Of a DNA stretch of 64,000 bases, positions 19,091 to 28,105 are shown piece by piece. The DNA is from Ignavibacteriales bacterium (GTDB lineage Bacteria > Bacillota > Sulfobacillia > JABLXB01), in contig JBLNBR010000035.1 of NCBI GenBank assembly GCA_050260105.1, positions 7,224-71,223 of the forward strand, read 5' to 3'. Every line of letters starts with the position of its first letter. Position 1 is the first letter of the stretch. A program made the position numbers and the translations under genes. The notes beneath the pieces are model-generated. The model did not search any database and was not told where the DNA came from. It was given only the letters and a program-made list of their open reading frames with translations.

Positions 19091-19798
19091 AACGGCCTCT
19101 TCGCCGATTCCGGTGAGGACGCCCACCCTGAGCCTGACGCCGGCGCTGGTCGCCGCCATCATGTCGCTGGGAGAATCCCCGACGTACGCGCAGTCCCCTG
19201 CCGGCATCCCAAGGGTCGCGCACGCCTTGAGGATGGGTTCCGGATCTGGTTTGGGCGCCGAGTAGTCCTCGGCGCCGGTTATCACGTCCATGAATCCCAG
19301 GATGCCGGCATGCTCGAGCATCCGGCGCGACCTCTCCCGGGTGTCCGTGGTCACGACTCCGAGAGAGACCCCGCACGCCCGCAGTGACCGGAGCGATTGC
19401 TTAACGCCCTCGCAGAGAACCGTCATTGTTGACACATCCAGTTCCCTCTCCGTCTCCCTGTATACCTCCAGAGCGATTCGCCGCGCTTCCGGCCATTGAT
19501 AACCCGCAAGATAAAGACCCGTGGCGGTCACCATGACCTCGTCGGCCGCAGTGGCCAGAGCCATCGGGCCCGTCCTGTCGATCGCGCCGGTCTCAGGGTC
19601 GATTCCAACCGTCCTCGACACCCAGGCCATCGCTTCCGGCGTCACTCCGGCCTCCCTGAGCCGCTTGAAGCGCTCCGCCTCCAGCCGCTGCCACAGCACG
19701 TACCCGTTGAACAGCGTGCCGTCCTTGTCATATATGACGGCCCTGACCTCAACACGCTTCTCCCCGAACAACACGGGCGCCAACGCAGGCACCTCCAT
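19025..19798 (-). CDS. HAD-superfamily hydrolase (phosphoglycolate phosphatase-like)
   Basis: Motif I is IYDKDGTLF (DxDGT) and motif IV is YVGDSPSDMMAA. Its 3' end overlaps the convergent EamA gene by 66 nt. Confidence 0.8.
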   Translation of the reverse strand: MEVPALAPVLFGEKRVEVRAVIYDKDGTLFNGYVLWQRLEAERFKRLREAGVTPEAMAWVSRTVGIDPETGAIDRTGPMALATAADEVMVTATGLYLAGYQWPEARRIALEVYRETERELDVSTMTVLCEGVKQSLRSLRACGVSLGVVTTDTRERSRRMLEHAGILGFMDVITGAEDYSAPKPDPEPILKACATLGMPAGDCAYVGDSPSDMMAATSAGVRLRVGVLTGIGEEAVLRGMSDVVLPSAACILPAAGG

Positions 19799-19811
19799 CA
19801 GGATCTGATCT

Positions 19812-20741
19812 CTATCCGCACCGCAGGAAGAGGGCCGCTCCTCCGATGATGGCCGCGTCGAGTCCCAGGGCGGCCGTCACGAGTTCGGGCACGGCCGGGG
19901 CCATCGTAAGGCGCCTCATCTCTTCGACGGCGGGACGGAGCAGGACTTCTCCCGCCAGGGCCACGGCCCCTCCCAGGACCACGACGTGGGGATTGAGGAT
20001 GTTGGCCACCGTGGAGATTCCGGCGCCAAGGGACCTTGCGGCTTCCGTCACGACGGCCGCGGCCCGCTCGTCGCCCTCCCGCGCCGCGTCGAACACCTCT
20101 CTGGCGGTGACGTCCCGTCCGAGCGCTCTACTCCCCGCCCGGCCTATCGCCGTCCCCGACGCGAGCGTTTCGAGGCACCCCCTGCCCCCGCAGGCACACG
20201 GCGGGCCATCCTCGAACACCTTGATGTGACCGATTTCCCCCGCGAATCCGAGGGCGCCGTGGTAGATCAGGCCGTCCACCACGATCCCGCCGCCGATGCC
20301 CGTCCCAAGGGTGATGCACACGACCACCCTGCGTCCGGCCCCCGCGCCGGCCGCCCATTCACCCAGGGCCGCCAGATTCGCGTCGTTGTCGATGGCTATG
20401 TTGCCGGTGAAGGACCCCAGCGCCCTGCGGAACTCGGAGGCCGCGTCAACCTCTTTCCACCCCAGGTTGGGGGCGATCGCGACGATACCCGACGGTTGCT
20501 TTACCAGCCCCGGTACACCTATCCCCACGCCGGTGAGGCGGGCCGCATCACCACCGAAACACCGGCTGCATTCCTCGAGGCAATCCTCGAGCAGGTCAGC
20601 AGCCAGCCGTGATACCTTCGACGGTGATCCCACGTGGTTGTGGCCGGCCGTACGCCGGGCGACGAGGCGCTTCTCGCAGTCCACGATGCCCACCGAAACG
20701 TGGGATCCGCCGATGTCCACACCGGCTGCCAGGACGGGCAT
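19812..20741 (-). CDS. ROK-family glucokinase
   Basis: Contains AAGVDIGGSHV, GIGGGIV and the ROK zinc motif CACGGRGCLE. The ATG at 20741 is preceded by GAAGGGGGGTGA. The maximal ORF extends to 20825. Confidence 0.8.
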   Translation of the reverse strand: MPVLAAGVDIGGSHVSVGIVDCEKRLVARRTAGHNHVGSPSKVSRLAADLLEDCLEECSRCFGGDAARLTGVGIGVPGLVKQPSGIVAIAPNLGWKEVDAASEFRRALGSFTGNIAIDNDANLAALGEWAAGAGAGRRVVVCITLGTGIGGGIVVDGLIYHGALGFAGEIGHIKVFEDGPPCACGGRGCLETLASGTAIGRAGSRALGRDVTAREVFDAAREGDERAAAVVTEAARSLGAGISTVANILNPHVVVLGGAVALAGEVLLRPAVEEMRRLTMAPAVPELVTAALGLDAAIIGGAALFLRCG

Positions 20742-20828
20742 GGCGCGGTCACCCCCCTTCGCTGTCCAGGCATATTCTACCAGGCTGGACGCCGTCGTGT
20801 ACATCCCTGAAGCGATCCTCGACAAGGT

Positions 20829-20858
20829 GAAGGGGCGTGCCTAGTTGCACGCCCCTTC
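20829..20858 (-). terminator. Perfect 12-bp hairpin downstream of the coat-protein genes
   Basis: GAAGGGGCGTGC-CTAGTT-GCACGCCCCTTC. The U-tract on the minus strand is weak (ACCUUGUC). Confidence 0.4.
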
Positions 20859-20885
20859 AGGTTGTCCCCGTAGCGCTTCCGTCGG

Positions 20886-21314
20886 CTAGACCTGCGGCCT
20901 TGGGCCTCCGAACTGGGACCCTCGCTGGCCGGGCTGGCCGGGCTGCCCGGTGATGGGTGGCTGGACTCCCGGATGGGTTCCCATTCCCGGCTGAGCGCCC
21001 GCCCCTTGCTGCATCCCGGCAACCCCCGGCTGCGCCCTCATGCCGGAGAACACCTTCTGCCCCTCGGATTCAATTTGCTGCCTGGCCTGGTTGATCTGGT
21101 TGCTGTCCGCGGGCTGCGGACTCGTGTACCAACCCCTGGATTGCATCACGTTGAACAGTTTGTACAGGTTGTTCTGCTCATCCCTGTACATGTCCATCAG
21201 GTCTCTCTTCAGGCCTTCCGTCGCGGCTTCCGTCGCGGCGGTATGGTATGTGGAATTCAGGTACTTCAGGTGAATCAGCGCATCCCATGAAAGACTCTTA
21301 TCGTCCTGCGGCAC
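20886..21314 (-). CDS. CotF-family spore coat protein with a Gln/Gly/Pro-rich tail
   Basis: DALIHLKYLNSTYHTAATEAATEGLKRDLMDMYRDEQNNLYKLFNVMQSRGWY matches the Coat_F domain pattern. The C-terminus has low-complexity QPG repeats. Confidence 0.7.
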   Translation of the reverse strand: MPQDDKSLSWDALIHLKYLNSTYHTAATEAATEGLKRDLMDMYRDEQNNLYKLFNVMQSRGWYTSPQPADSNQINQARQQIESEGQKVFSGMRAQPGVAGMQQGAGAQPGMGTHPGVQPPITGQPGQPGQRGSQFGGPRPQV

Positions 21315-21332
21315 TCCGTTTGTACCCCCCTT

Positions 21333-21542
21333 CTAGGAGACTTGAGTGGGTCCGCCACCCAGATGCTTCATGATGGTCTGGTATTGACGCTGGTGGGAAG
21401 CGTGAAGGTCCTGGCAGACCCTCCTGAGCTCCTGATCGTTGCACTCCTGCGAGATCGTCTGGAATCTCTGGGCGCTTTCGATCAGGGAACCGAGCACGTC
21501 CTGGCAGTTGAGCAGCTCCCTTTGCGTCAAACGGGTGTTCAT
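21333..21542 (-). CDS. Small spore-coat-associated protein (partner of the CotF-like gene)
   Basis: 69 aa containing LTQRELLNCQDVLGS...CNDQELRRVCQDL. The ATG at 21542 is preceded by GGAGGTGA. The pairing resembles small and large coat-F gene pairs in Bacilli. Confidence 0.5.
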   Translation of the reverse strand: MNTRLTQRELLNCQDVLGSLIESAQRFQTISQECNDQELRRVCQDLHASHQRQYQTIMKHLGGGPTQVS

Positions 21543-21603
21543 CGGCTCACCTCCTGAACTGGTAATCATCCTCACTTATTATGGTCAGATGGGCTGGTTT
21601 TAA

Positions 21604-21646
21604 CCCAAAACGGGGCTGCCCCGGGATCACGCCCCGGGACAGCCCC
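21604..21646 (-). terminator. Rho-independent terminator after the aminotransferase gene
   Basis: Minus-strand RNA reads GGGGCUGUCCCGGGG-CGUGAU-CCCGGGGCAGCCCC followed by GUUUUGGGUU. Confidence 0.65.
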
Positions 21647-21671
21647 TCGCCAAACCGCCGTATGCGCTAAT

Positions 21672-22850
21672 TCACCGGGCGATCTCCCTCACTGCCCGGT
21701 CAAGCCGCGCGAGCCCTTCGCGTATGTTCTCGAGCGAATTCGCGTATGAAACCCTGAGATAGCCTTCCCCGCAGGGCCCGAAGGCGTCGCCCCCAAGCAG
21801 TGCGACCCCGTACCCGTCGAGAATCCTGTCGGCGAGGGTGCGGCTCTTCATGCCCAGCCTCTTGACGTTCGTGAAGGCGTAGAATGCGCCCTGCGGCATG
21901 ACGCACGACATCCCCTCGATGCTGTTCAGCCCGTCAACCACCACCTGCCGCCTGGCGCGGAACTCCGCTATCATCCTGTCGACTGAGTCCTGGGGTCCCT
22001 TCAGCGCCTCGATCGTGGCCACCTGGGTAAACGCCGCGGGGCACGAGTACGTGTTGATGACCAGCCTGGCCACCTTCTCAGCCAGTTCCGCGTTCATGAT
22101 CCCGAATCCCATGCGCCACCCGGTCATCGCGTATGTCTTGGAGAGGCTGTCGACGATGATGACATGGTCCCTGACCTCGGGTATCGTGCCTATCGAGAGG
22201 GGTTTCCCCCCGTAGACGATGCGGTCATAGATCTCGTCCGACACCACATATATGTCCCGCCCCTCGATCGCCTCCGCCACACCCCTCACGTCCTCGGGAG
22301 TGAGTACACTGCCTGTCGGATTGTGTGGCGAGTTGATTATGATCAACCGCGTCCTCGGGGTGATTTTCGACTTCAACTCGCCGACGTCCAGGCGAAACTG
22401 GTTTTCTTCCCTGAGGGGGATCGGCACGGCCACGCCGCCCACCAGCCGCGTAACTGATTCGTACAGCGGGTAGCCGGGGTCCGGGTGGATGACCTCGTCA
22501 CCCGGGTTTACCAGCGCCATTATGCCGAAGGTCATTGCGGGCTTTGCGCCCACAGTGACGACAACCTGCGAGGGGTCGGCGTCCACGTTCTTGAATGCCT
22601 TCACGTAATCACAGACCGCCTGGCGCAACTCGGGTATGCCGGGGGCGGGAGTATAGTGAGTCCACCCCTTCTTCAAAGCCTCCACGCCAGAGGCTACGAT
22701 GTTCTCCGGAGTGGCGAAGTCCGGCTCCCCGATTTCCAGGTGGATCACGCGCTTGCCCTGGGCTTCAAGGGCCTTTGCCTTCGCAAGGATTTCGAAAGCC
22801 ATTTCGGTGCCAAGGTCCACGACCCGTTCAGCAAACCGTACGCCGGACAT
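21672..22850 (-). CDS. Class I/II pyridoxal-phosphate-dependent aminotransferase (aspartate aminotransferase-like)
   Basis: Contains GEPDFATP, NSPHNPTG and SLSKTYAMTGWRMG (the PLP-lysine motif). Confidence 0.85.
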   Translation of the reverse strand: MSGVRFAERVVDLGTEMAFEILAKAKALEAQGKRVIHLEIGEPDFATPENIVASGVEALKKGWTHYTPAPGIPELRQAVCDYVKAFKNVDADPSQVVVTVGAKPAMTFGIMALVNPGDEVIHPDPGYPLYESVTRLVGGVAVPIPLREENQFRLDVGELKSKITPRTRLIIINSPHNPTGSVLTPEDVRGVAEAIEGRDIYVVSDEIYDRIVYGGKPLSIGTIPEVRDHVIIVDSLSKTYAMTGWRMGFGIMNAELAEKVARLVINTYSCPAAFTQVATIEALKGPQDSVDRMIAEFRARRQVVVDGLNSIEGMSCVMPQGAFYAFTNVKRLGMKSRTLADRILDGYGVALLGGDAFGPCGEGYLRVSYANSLENIREGLARLDRAVREIAR

Positions 22851-22896
22851 GTGTCAACCCCCCTAGACTATGCTCTGTGCTCCCTCACCAGCGATT

Positions 22897-23595
22897 CTAT
22901 GCTCGCACCCGGTTTCCTCTCCGGGGCCGGACGCTCTGCCGTCGCGACACGTAGATGTAGTCGGGGTCGGGCGCGTACGGGCACGGGACCTCCACCGCCT
23001 CCACGCCGCCGAGTACCCGCCGCATCAGGCGTTCGAACCCGGCGTTCGCATTCGCGGACCAGACGCCCAGGCACCCGCCGCGCCTCAGGGAATCCCTGAA
23101 TGCCCGCAGTCCCGCGGACGAGTATATCGCCTGGTTGTCGTCGCGGACGAGCGATGCGGGGCCGTTGTCCGTATCCAGCAGGATTGCGTCGAATGGCGCC
23201 GGGCGCGCCTCGACGACCTCGAGAACATCGCCGCAGATGACAGCGCATCTCGCGTCATCCAGGGCAAACCCGTTCATGTCGCCGAAATGCAACCTGTTCC
23301 ATTCGATGACCGCCGGTTCGATCTCGGCCACGGTCACCGCCGACACCCCCGGGTAGTCCAGCGCCGCACGCAGGGTGTATCCCATGCCCAGCCCCCCGAC
23401 GAGCACCCTGAGTCCATCCGGCCGCGAGGCGCCGGCCCCCATGACCCTGCTCAACGTTTCCGCGGCGAGTCTTGTTTCGGAATCGCCGTTGACGTGACTC
23501 ATCACGAACACGCCATTGTAGACGATCTCGAAACCGCCGCCGCGCAGCCTCAGGGCGATTTCTCCCCGGGGCGTCTCCCGCCGGTCGACGATCAT
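22897..23595 (-). CDS. Spermidine synthase-like class I SAM-dependent transferase
   Basis: Contains VLVGGLGMGYTLRAAL (motif I), VAEIEPAVIEW and ILLDTDNGP. Confidence 0.6.
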   Translation of the reverse strand: MIVDRRETPRGEIALRLRGGGFEIVYNGVFVMSHVNGDSETRLAAETLSRVMGAGASRPDGLRVLVGGLGMGYTLRAALDYPGVSAVTVAEIEPAVIEWNRLHFGDMNGFALDDARCAVICGDVLEVVEARPAPFDAILLDTDNGPASLVRDDNQAIYSSAGLRAFRDSLRRGGCLGVWSANANAGFERLMRRVLGGVEAVEVPCPYAPDPDYIYVSRRQSVRPRRGNRVRA

Positions 23596-23722
23596 GCGGT
23601 CACCCTCCGGAATCAGAATCCAACACGATCATACCAGCCCCGCCGTGGCTGTGGAAGGCAGCACGGGCAGCCAGTCGCGGGCATATCATGTGGGGGAGGA
23701 AACCGTAGGAGGAGGTGGGACT

Positions 23723-24148
23723 ATGAGTGAATACACAGTGCTCTCGCAAAGCGTCGTAGGCCTCATGCCGACACAGCCGGCGGCCCAGAAAGCGACGGCT
23801 ACGGCCGCCCTGGACTTCAACGACGACACGGTGGAAATCGTCGCGACGGGGCTTCCAAACCCCTCGGCGTTCGGGACCGACCCGTCCACGGGGAGGCCTT
23901 TCAACACCTACGAGGCGTGGCTGCTGGACACCACGCAGAACCTGTTCGCAAGCATCGGAATCATGACGATGCAGCAGGGGGCCTACACAATCCACGCCAC
24001 GGCCCCGATCTCGCTACGCGAGTTCAACGCGGTGGCCATAACCGCCGAGGACAGGTCGGGGCCGCAGACCGCAAACGGCCCGTTCGTCATGATGGGTACG
24101 TTCAGGGAGGCAGTGCGGAAGCCTACCCCCACTAAACCGCTGGGATGA
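23723..24148 (+). CDS. Hypothetical protein (141 aa), possibly RskA-C-like
   Basis: The ATG at 23723 is preceded by GGAGGAGGTGG. The segment YEAWLLD...AVAITAEDRSGP weakly resembles anti-sigma-K C-terminal domains, but I cannot assign it firmly. Confidence 0.45.
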   Translation: MSEYTVLSQSVVGLMPTQPAAQKATATAALDFNDDTVEIVATGLPNPSAFGTDPSTGRPFNTYEAWLLDTTQNLFASIGIMTMQQGAYTIHATAPISLREFNAVAITAEDRSGPQTANGPFVMMGTFREAVRKPTPTKPLG

Positions 24149-24262
24149 GGTCACGCTGCCGCATACATCGGTCGCTGACCATGACGGGAGCCCCTGCCAG
24201 GGCTTCTACTTTTGGGGGCCGGTTTGGGGGCGACCCGGCCCCCTCGGCCGTTTGCCATCCCG

Positions 24263-25594
24263 TCAACCGAGTGTCTCGTGAATGTACAGGTCCCCGGGGT
24301 GGTCTTGCAGGTAGACGTCGCCCGGCCCGGAACCCCTTGTCGACCTCTCGAACTCCGCCCTGCCCTCGCGCCGGCACGACCCGCACGCCTTCCACGGTAT
24401 AATGACCGCGCGCCCGCGCGAAACCCGCCCCGACTGGTGTTCGGCTACCGTGTCTATCGCGCGGTAACCAGGGCAACTCCGGCACAGCCGGATCACCTCG
24501 TCCTGGCGTTCGACGATGCCGCCGGTATCGTAGTATATGGTCCGCTGTCTCCTGAAGAAATCGCCCGATCCGAATAGTCTCACCGGGTCCACCCGGCCGC
24601 GTTCCCTCCACACCTCTAACAGCCCCGCACACAGGCGTTTCACGTACGGTGAGATCCATTCCTCCTGCGCCAGATCGCTCTCATCGAGATCCGGTTCCCG
24701 GACGCTGCTGAAGTCCTTGCCGGCCATGGCAAGAAGGATACCCACGTTGACGTACGGCAACGCGCCCTCGACGGAATACCCGCCCTGCAGAACGAGGATA
24801 TCGGGATCCAGGGCCGCGTTCAGCCTCGCGTACCCCTGCGCGGTGACATTCATACTGGTTATGGGGTCCGAGTAGTGATTGTCCTGGCCCGCGGAGTTTA
24901 TGAGCACGTCCGGGCGGAAATCCTCGAGCACCGGTAATACCAGTCGCTCCACCGCGAGCATCAGCCCCTCGTCCCCGGTGCGGGGCGGCAGGGGCAGGTT
25001 GAGCGTCGTGGCATAGGCGCCGGGGCCGCCCAGTTCTCCGGGGAACCCGGTGCCGGGGTACAGTGTCCTGCCGTCCTGGTGGATGGAGATGTGCAGGACA
25101 TCGGGGTCATTGTAGTACATGTCCTGGGTACCGTCGGCGTGGTGAGCGTCCGTATCCACGAACGCTATCTTCAGATCCGCGCCGTAGACCCGCCTGATGT
25201 GCTCTACCATTATGGCCTCGTTGTTGATGTTGCAGAAGCCGCGGGCCCCGTGCACGATCCTCATGGCGTGGTGTCCCGGCGGCCGGACGAGGGCTGCGGA
25301 CCTGTCCACCTCGTGCCTCATGAAGATATCCGCTGCGGTAATCGCCCCTCCGGCCGACACCATGTGGGGTTCGCCGGCGACAGCCGCAACGGACGGGATG
25401 CAGACGTGGGCCCTCTGCACGTCAATCTCAGTGGCTACCGAGGGCCTGTACTCCACGAACTCGGGCAGGTCGAGCAGGCCCTCTTCGCGGATCTGGTCCC
25501 TGGTATATAGGAGGCGCTCCTCCCTTTCGGGGTGGGTGGGTGATATCGCCCAGTCGAGCGCGGGAAAGAACACCAATCCGACCCGCCTAGACAC
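24263..25594 (-). CDS. Histone deacetylase / acetylpolyamine amidohydrolase-family deacetylase with a C-terminal Cys4 extension
   Basis: Contains RPPGHHA and DTDAHHADGTQDMYYNDPDVLHISIHQDGRTLYPGTGF, which are HDAC Zn and active-site motifs. An extra ~100 aa carries CRSC...CGSC. Confidence 0.85.
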   Translation of the reverse strand: MSRRVGLVFFPALDWAISPTHPEREERLLYTRDQIREEGLLDLPEFVEYRPSVATEIDVQRAHVCIPSVAAVAGEPHMVSAGGAITAADIFMRHEVDRSAALVRPPGHHAMRIVHGARGFCNINNEAIMVEHIRRVYGADLKIAFVDTDAHHADGTQDMYYNDPDVLHISIHQDGRTLYPGTGFPGELGGPGAYATTLNLPLPPRTGDEGLMLAVERLVLPVLEDFRPDVLINSAGQDNHYSDPITSMNVTAQGYARLNAALDPDILVLQGGYSVEGALPYVNVGILLAMAGKDFSSVREPDLDESDLAQEEWISPYVKRLCAGLLEVWRERGRVDPVRLFGSGDFFRRQRTIYYDTGGIVERQDEVIRLCRSCPGYRAIDTVAEHQSGRVSRGRAVIIPWKACGSCRREGRAEFERSTRGSGPGDVYLQDHPGDLYIHETLG

Positions 25595-27350
25595 GCCGCC
25601 CGGCCACCTCTCCTTCGCCGCAGAGGCGGAGCCTTCTGGGCCTGACCTGCGCTTTCACGTCGAAGATCCTCCCCGCGGTGTGGAAGTCCCTGATGACGTT
25701 GTATGATTCCATCTCCACCATTTCCACGTCCCCCTCCCCGGCCCACGGCGCGCGCCGCAAGACACAACGGGTGGCCATTTCGGCGGCGTCCCGCTCACGG
25801 ATGAGCGCGTCGCCGGTTTCCTCCCTGAACCCGTCTTCCGCCACAGTCGCGAAGCCCAGTGCGGTGTCTATCCGGAGCGTCGCCTCGACGGTGGGCGCCG
25901 CCAGGGCGGCGCCGACGGCGTTGCCCACGGCGGCGAGCCCGGGCACAACCGGCGCCGCGCCCAGCCTGGATGCCACGAGGGGGATGACGGACGCCGCGGG
26001 CGCTCCGATACCCACTACCGTCTCCGGCTTGAGCGCCATGGGATTAACGGCCTCGCGAACGGTGTATGCGGGGCTTTTCCTCAGTTCGTCCAGGAGACGC
26101 CGGACGAATCGCGCGATCATGTCTACGGCCTGCTCCACCGCGCGGTTGGCAAAACCCGCATCGTCCATGCCCGATCGCCTCGCCTCGCGCCCTATCGCCA
26201 GCCGGGACCTGGACGGATCACCCGCGTCCGCGAGCCCCGCCACGACCAGGGCGTCGGTCAGGGTGGCGGCCGGACCGCCAAAAGCCGCGGCAGCCCCCTT
26301 TCGCCAGCCTCCAATGAGAACGGGATCGCGCGCTCCCGCATCACCACGCGCGGGAACCGCCGATACCGGTGTGTCTCCACCGAGGGCGAGGGAACGCGAA
26401 TACATCGCCCTGACGAGGGTCTTCCTCCCCGCGATCTCCGCCCCGCTGGCCTCGAACAGCGGCGCCCCTTCAACGAAGAAGGAGACATCCGTCGTGGTCC
26501 CACCGATGTCGATCGTGACGCCGGAACCTTGCACAGGGGCGAGTGCGAGCGAGCCGTTGATGCTCGCAGCCGGACCCGAAAGGATGGACCTCACCGGCAT
26601 GGAGCGGGCGGTCTTCACGTCCATTGTCCCACCGTCCGCCTTGAGGAGCATCACCGGGCACGAAACGCCCCTTCCGGCGAATGCCCTCTCCAGCGCGGAA
26701 ACGAAGTCGTTGAAAGTGGACGCGACAGCGCTGTTCAGGCAGGCAGTCGCCACTCTGCGAGGGAAATTGAGGGCGCCCGAAAGCGTGTGCCCGAGTGTGA
26801 TGTGTTTGAATCCCCCCATGGACCGGGCCGCAGCGGCGATCCGCAGCTCGGGATCAGGGTTGCGGACACCAAATTTCCCTGCGACAGCGAGGTTCTCGAA
26901 CCCTGCGGAGCGCAGATCCCGCAGGGATGTCTCCACCTCCGCGGGGTCGACCGGTTCCACCTCCCTGCCGCGGTGATCCACGTACCCGCGCAGTTCCGCG
27001 AACCCAAATATCTTGCCGTCTATACCCGCCATCCGCCTGAGGTCCTCCGGAGAAAGCCCTGGTCCCGGCATGATCGCGAGACCCACGGGTTCGAACCTCC
27101 CCGCGGCGACCGCGTTGGTGCAGACGGTGGTGCTTACGACCACCCTTTCCAGCCCGGACGGGGCGCGGTCCCGGGCCCCGTCGAACAGGGCCTCGAATGC
27201 GGCCACTATCGCCCCACCGGGGTCTCCCGTCCCTGTGGGCTTCTTGGAAAACGAGAGAACCCTCGCATTCTCCGCGTCCGTTCTCTCCAGCAGCACAGCG
27301 TCAGTGTATGTGCCGCCGACGTCAATCCCCGCGATCAGGCGTTCTGTCAT
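25587..27350 (-). CDS. Hydantoinase/oxoprolinase-family (ASKHA-fold) protein
   Basis: Contains IAGIDVGGTYTDAVLL and ITIDIGGTTTDVSFF, which are phosphate-binding motifs. At 587 aa it is shorter than canonical HyuA. It overlaps both neighbours. Confidence 0.75.
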   Translation of the reverse strand: MTERLIAGIDVGGTYTDAVLLERTDAENARVLSFSKKPTGTGDPGGAIVAAFEALFDGARDRAPSGLERVVVSTTVCTNAVAAGRFEPVGLAIMPGPGLSPEDLRRMAGIDGKIFGFAELRGYVDHRGREVEPVDPAEVETSLRDLRSAGFENLAVAGKFGVRNPDPELRIAAAARSMGGFKHITLGHTLSGALNFPRRVATACLNSAVASTFNDFVSALERAFAGRGVSCPVMLLKADGGTMDVKTARSMPVRSILSGPAASINGSLALAPVQGSGVTIDIGGTTTDVSFFVEGAPLFEASGAEIAGRKTLVRAMYSRSLALGGDTPVSAVPARGDAGARDPVLIGGWRKGAAAAFGGPAATLTDALVVAGLADAGDPSRSRLAIGREARRSGMDDAGFANRAVEQAVDMIARFVRRLLDELRKSPAYTVREAVNPMALKPETVVGIGAPAASVIPLVASRLGAAPVVPGLAAVGNAVGAALAAPTVEATLRIDTALGFATVAEDGFREETGDALIRERDAAEMATRCVLRRAPWAGEGDVEMVEMESYNVIRDFHTAGRIFDVKAQVRPRRLRLCGEGEVAGRRV

Positions 27351-28069
27351 AACGGGCTCCCGTAATGCCTCAGGACGGCCAGGATGGCGTCCAGGGAGCA
27401 GTTCAACACATGCTCCGGCGCAATCCCTGCTTCACCCGCAACCCGGACCGCCTCGCCGAGATCCCCCACGTGAGCGGAGAAGTGGGCGTCGCTGTCCAGC
27501 ACGACCTTCACTCTGTGCATGGAGCACAGGCGGGCGATGACGGCGCAGTTTTCCTTGCTTCCGGCCCGGGCCCTGCAAAACGAGGCGTTGTTTATCTCTA
27601 TTATCTTTCCGCTGTCAGCAGCGGCCGTCACAATCTTCTCGTAGTCGACGGGGAACTGGGGATTCCCCGGGTGAACCAGCACGTGCACCCAGGGATTCCG
27701 CAAGACCCCGAGCACGGCCGCGGTGTTCTTCTCGACGCTGGAGGGTTCGAGGCACTCGGAGTGCAAGCCGGCGAGCACGAGTTCCATGCGCTTGAGATAT
27801 CTTTCCGGCAGATCGAGAGACCCATCGTAGTCGACGATGTTGGCCTCGACCCCCTTTATCACCCTGACGCCCTCGATCACCGGGGGCAGGGTGTACATGT
27901 TCCCGAAGTAAAACGGCTCGGGCCCGTATGGCATGGCGGGGCCGTGATCGGTAATCGCCACCGCCAGGAGGCCTTTCTCCCTGGCCGCGCGGGCGTTCTC
28001 CTGCATGGTGCTGTAGGCGTGCCCGCTGGCGATCGTGTGGGTGTGGAGATCCGCCACCGGTGTGATCAA
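27347..28069 (-). CDS. PHP-domain phosphoesterase (YcdX-like)
   Basis: Contains ADLHTHTIASGHAY, AITDHG, GLHS and DSDAH metal-ligand motifs. The TTG start follows AGGAGGAGGG with a 6-nt spacer. An ATGA overlap couples it to the downstream gene. Confidence 0.8.
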   Translation of the reverse strand: MITPVADLHTHTIASGHAYSTMQENARAAREKGLLAVAITDHGPAMPYGPEPFYFGNMYTLPPVIEGVRVIKGVEANIVDYDGSLDLPERYLKRMELVLAGLHSECLEPSSVEKNTAAVLGVLRNPWVHVLVHPGNPQFPVDYEKIVTAAADSGKIIEINNASFCRARAGSKENCAVIARLCSMHRVKVVLDSDAHFSAHVGDLGEAVRVAGEAGIAPEHVLNCSLDAILAVLRHYGSPL

Positions 28070-28105
28070 TCCGGACCCTCCTCCTGTACCGGAATGCGAC
28101 TTGCG

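Noticed and set aside
24214-24243. 9-bp GC hairpin (GGGGGCCGG...CCGGCCCCC) between the convergent genes at 24148 and 24263, considered as a terminator.
   Set aside because: It has a 12-nt loop and no U-tract downstream on either strand. It may still act as a structure, but I cannot support a terminator call.
27077-27087. tRNA T-arm-like GGGTTCGAACC.
   Set aside because: It lies inside the hydantoinase-like CDS. The flanks cannot form acceptor, D or anticodon arms. A similar CGAATCGAACCCGCG at about 14205 inside a methyltransferase gene was also rejected.
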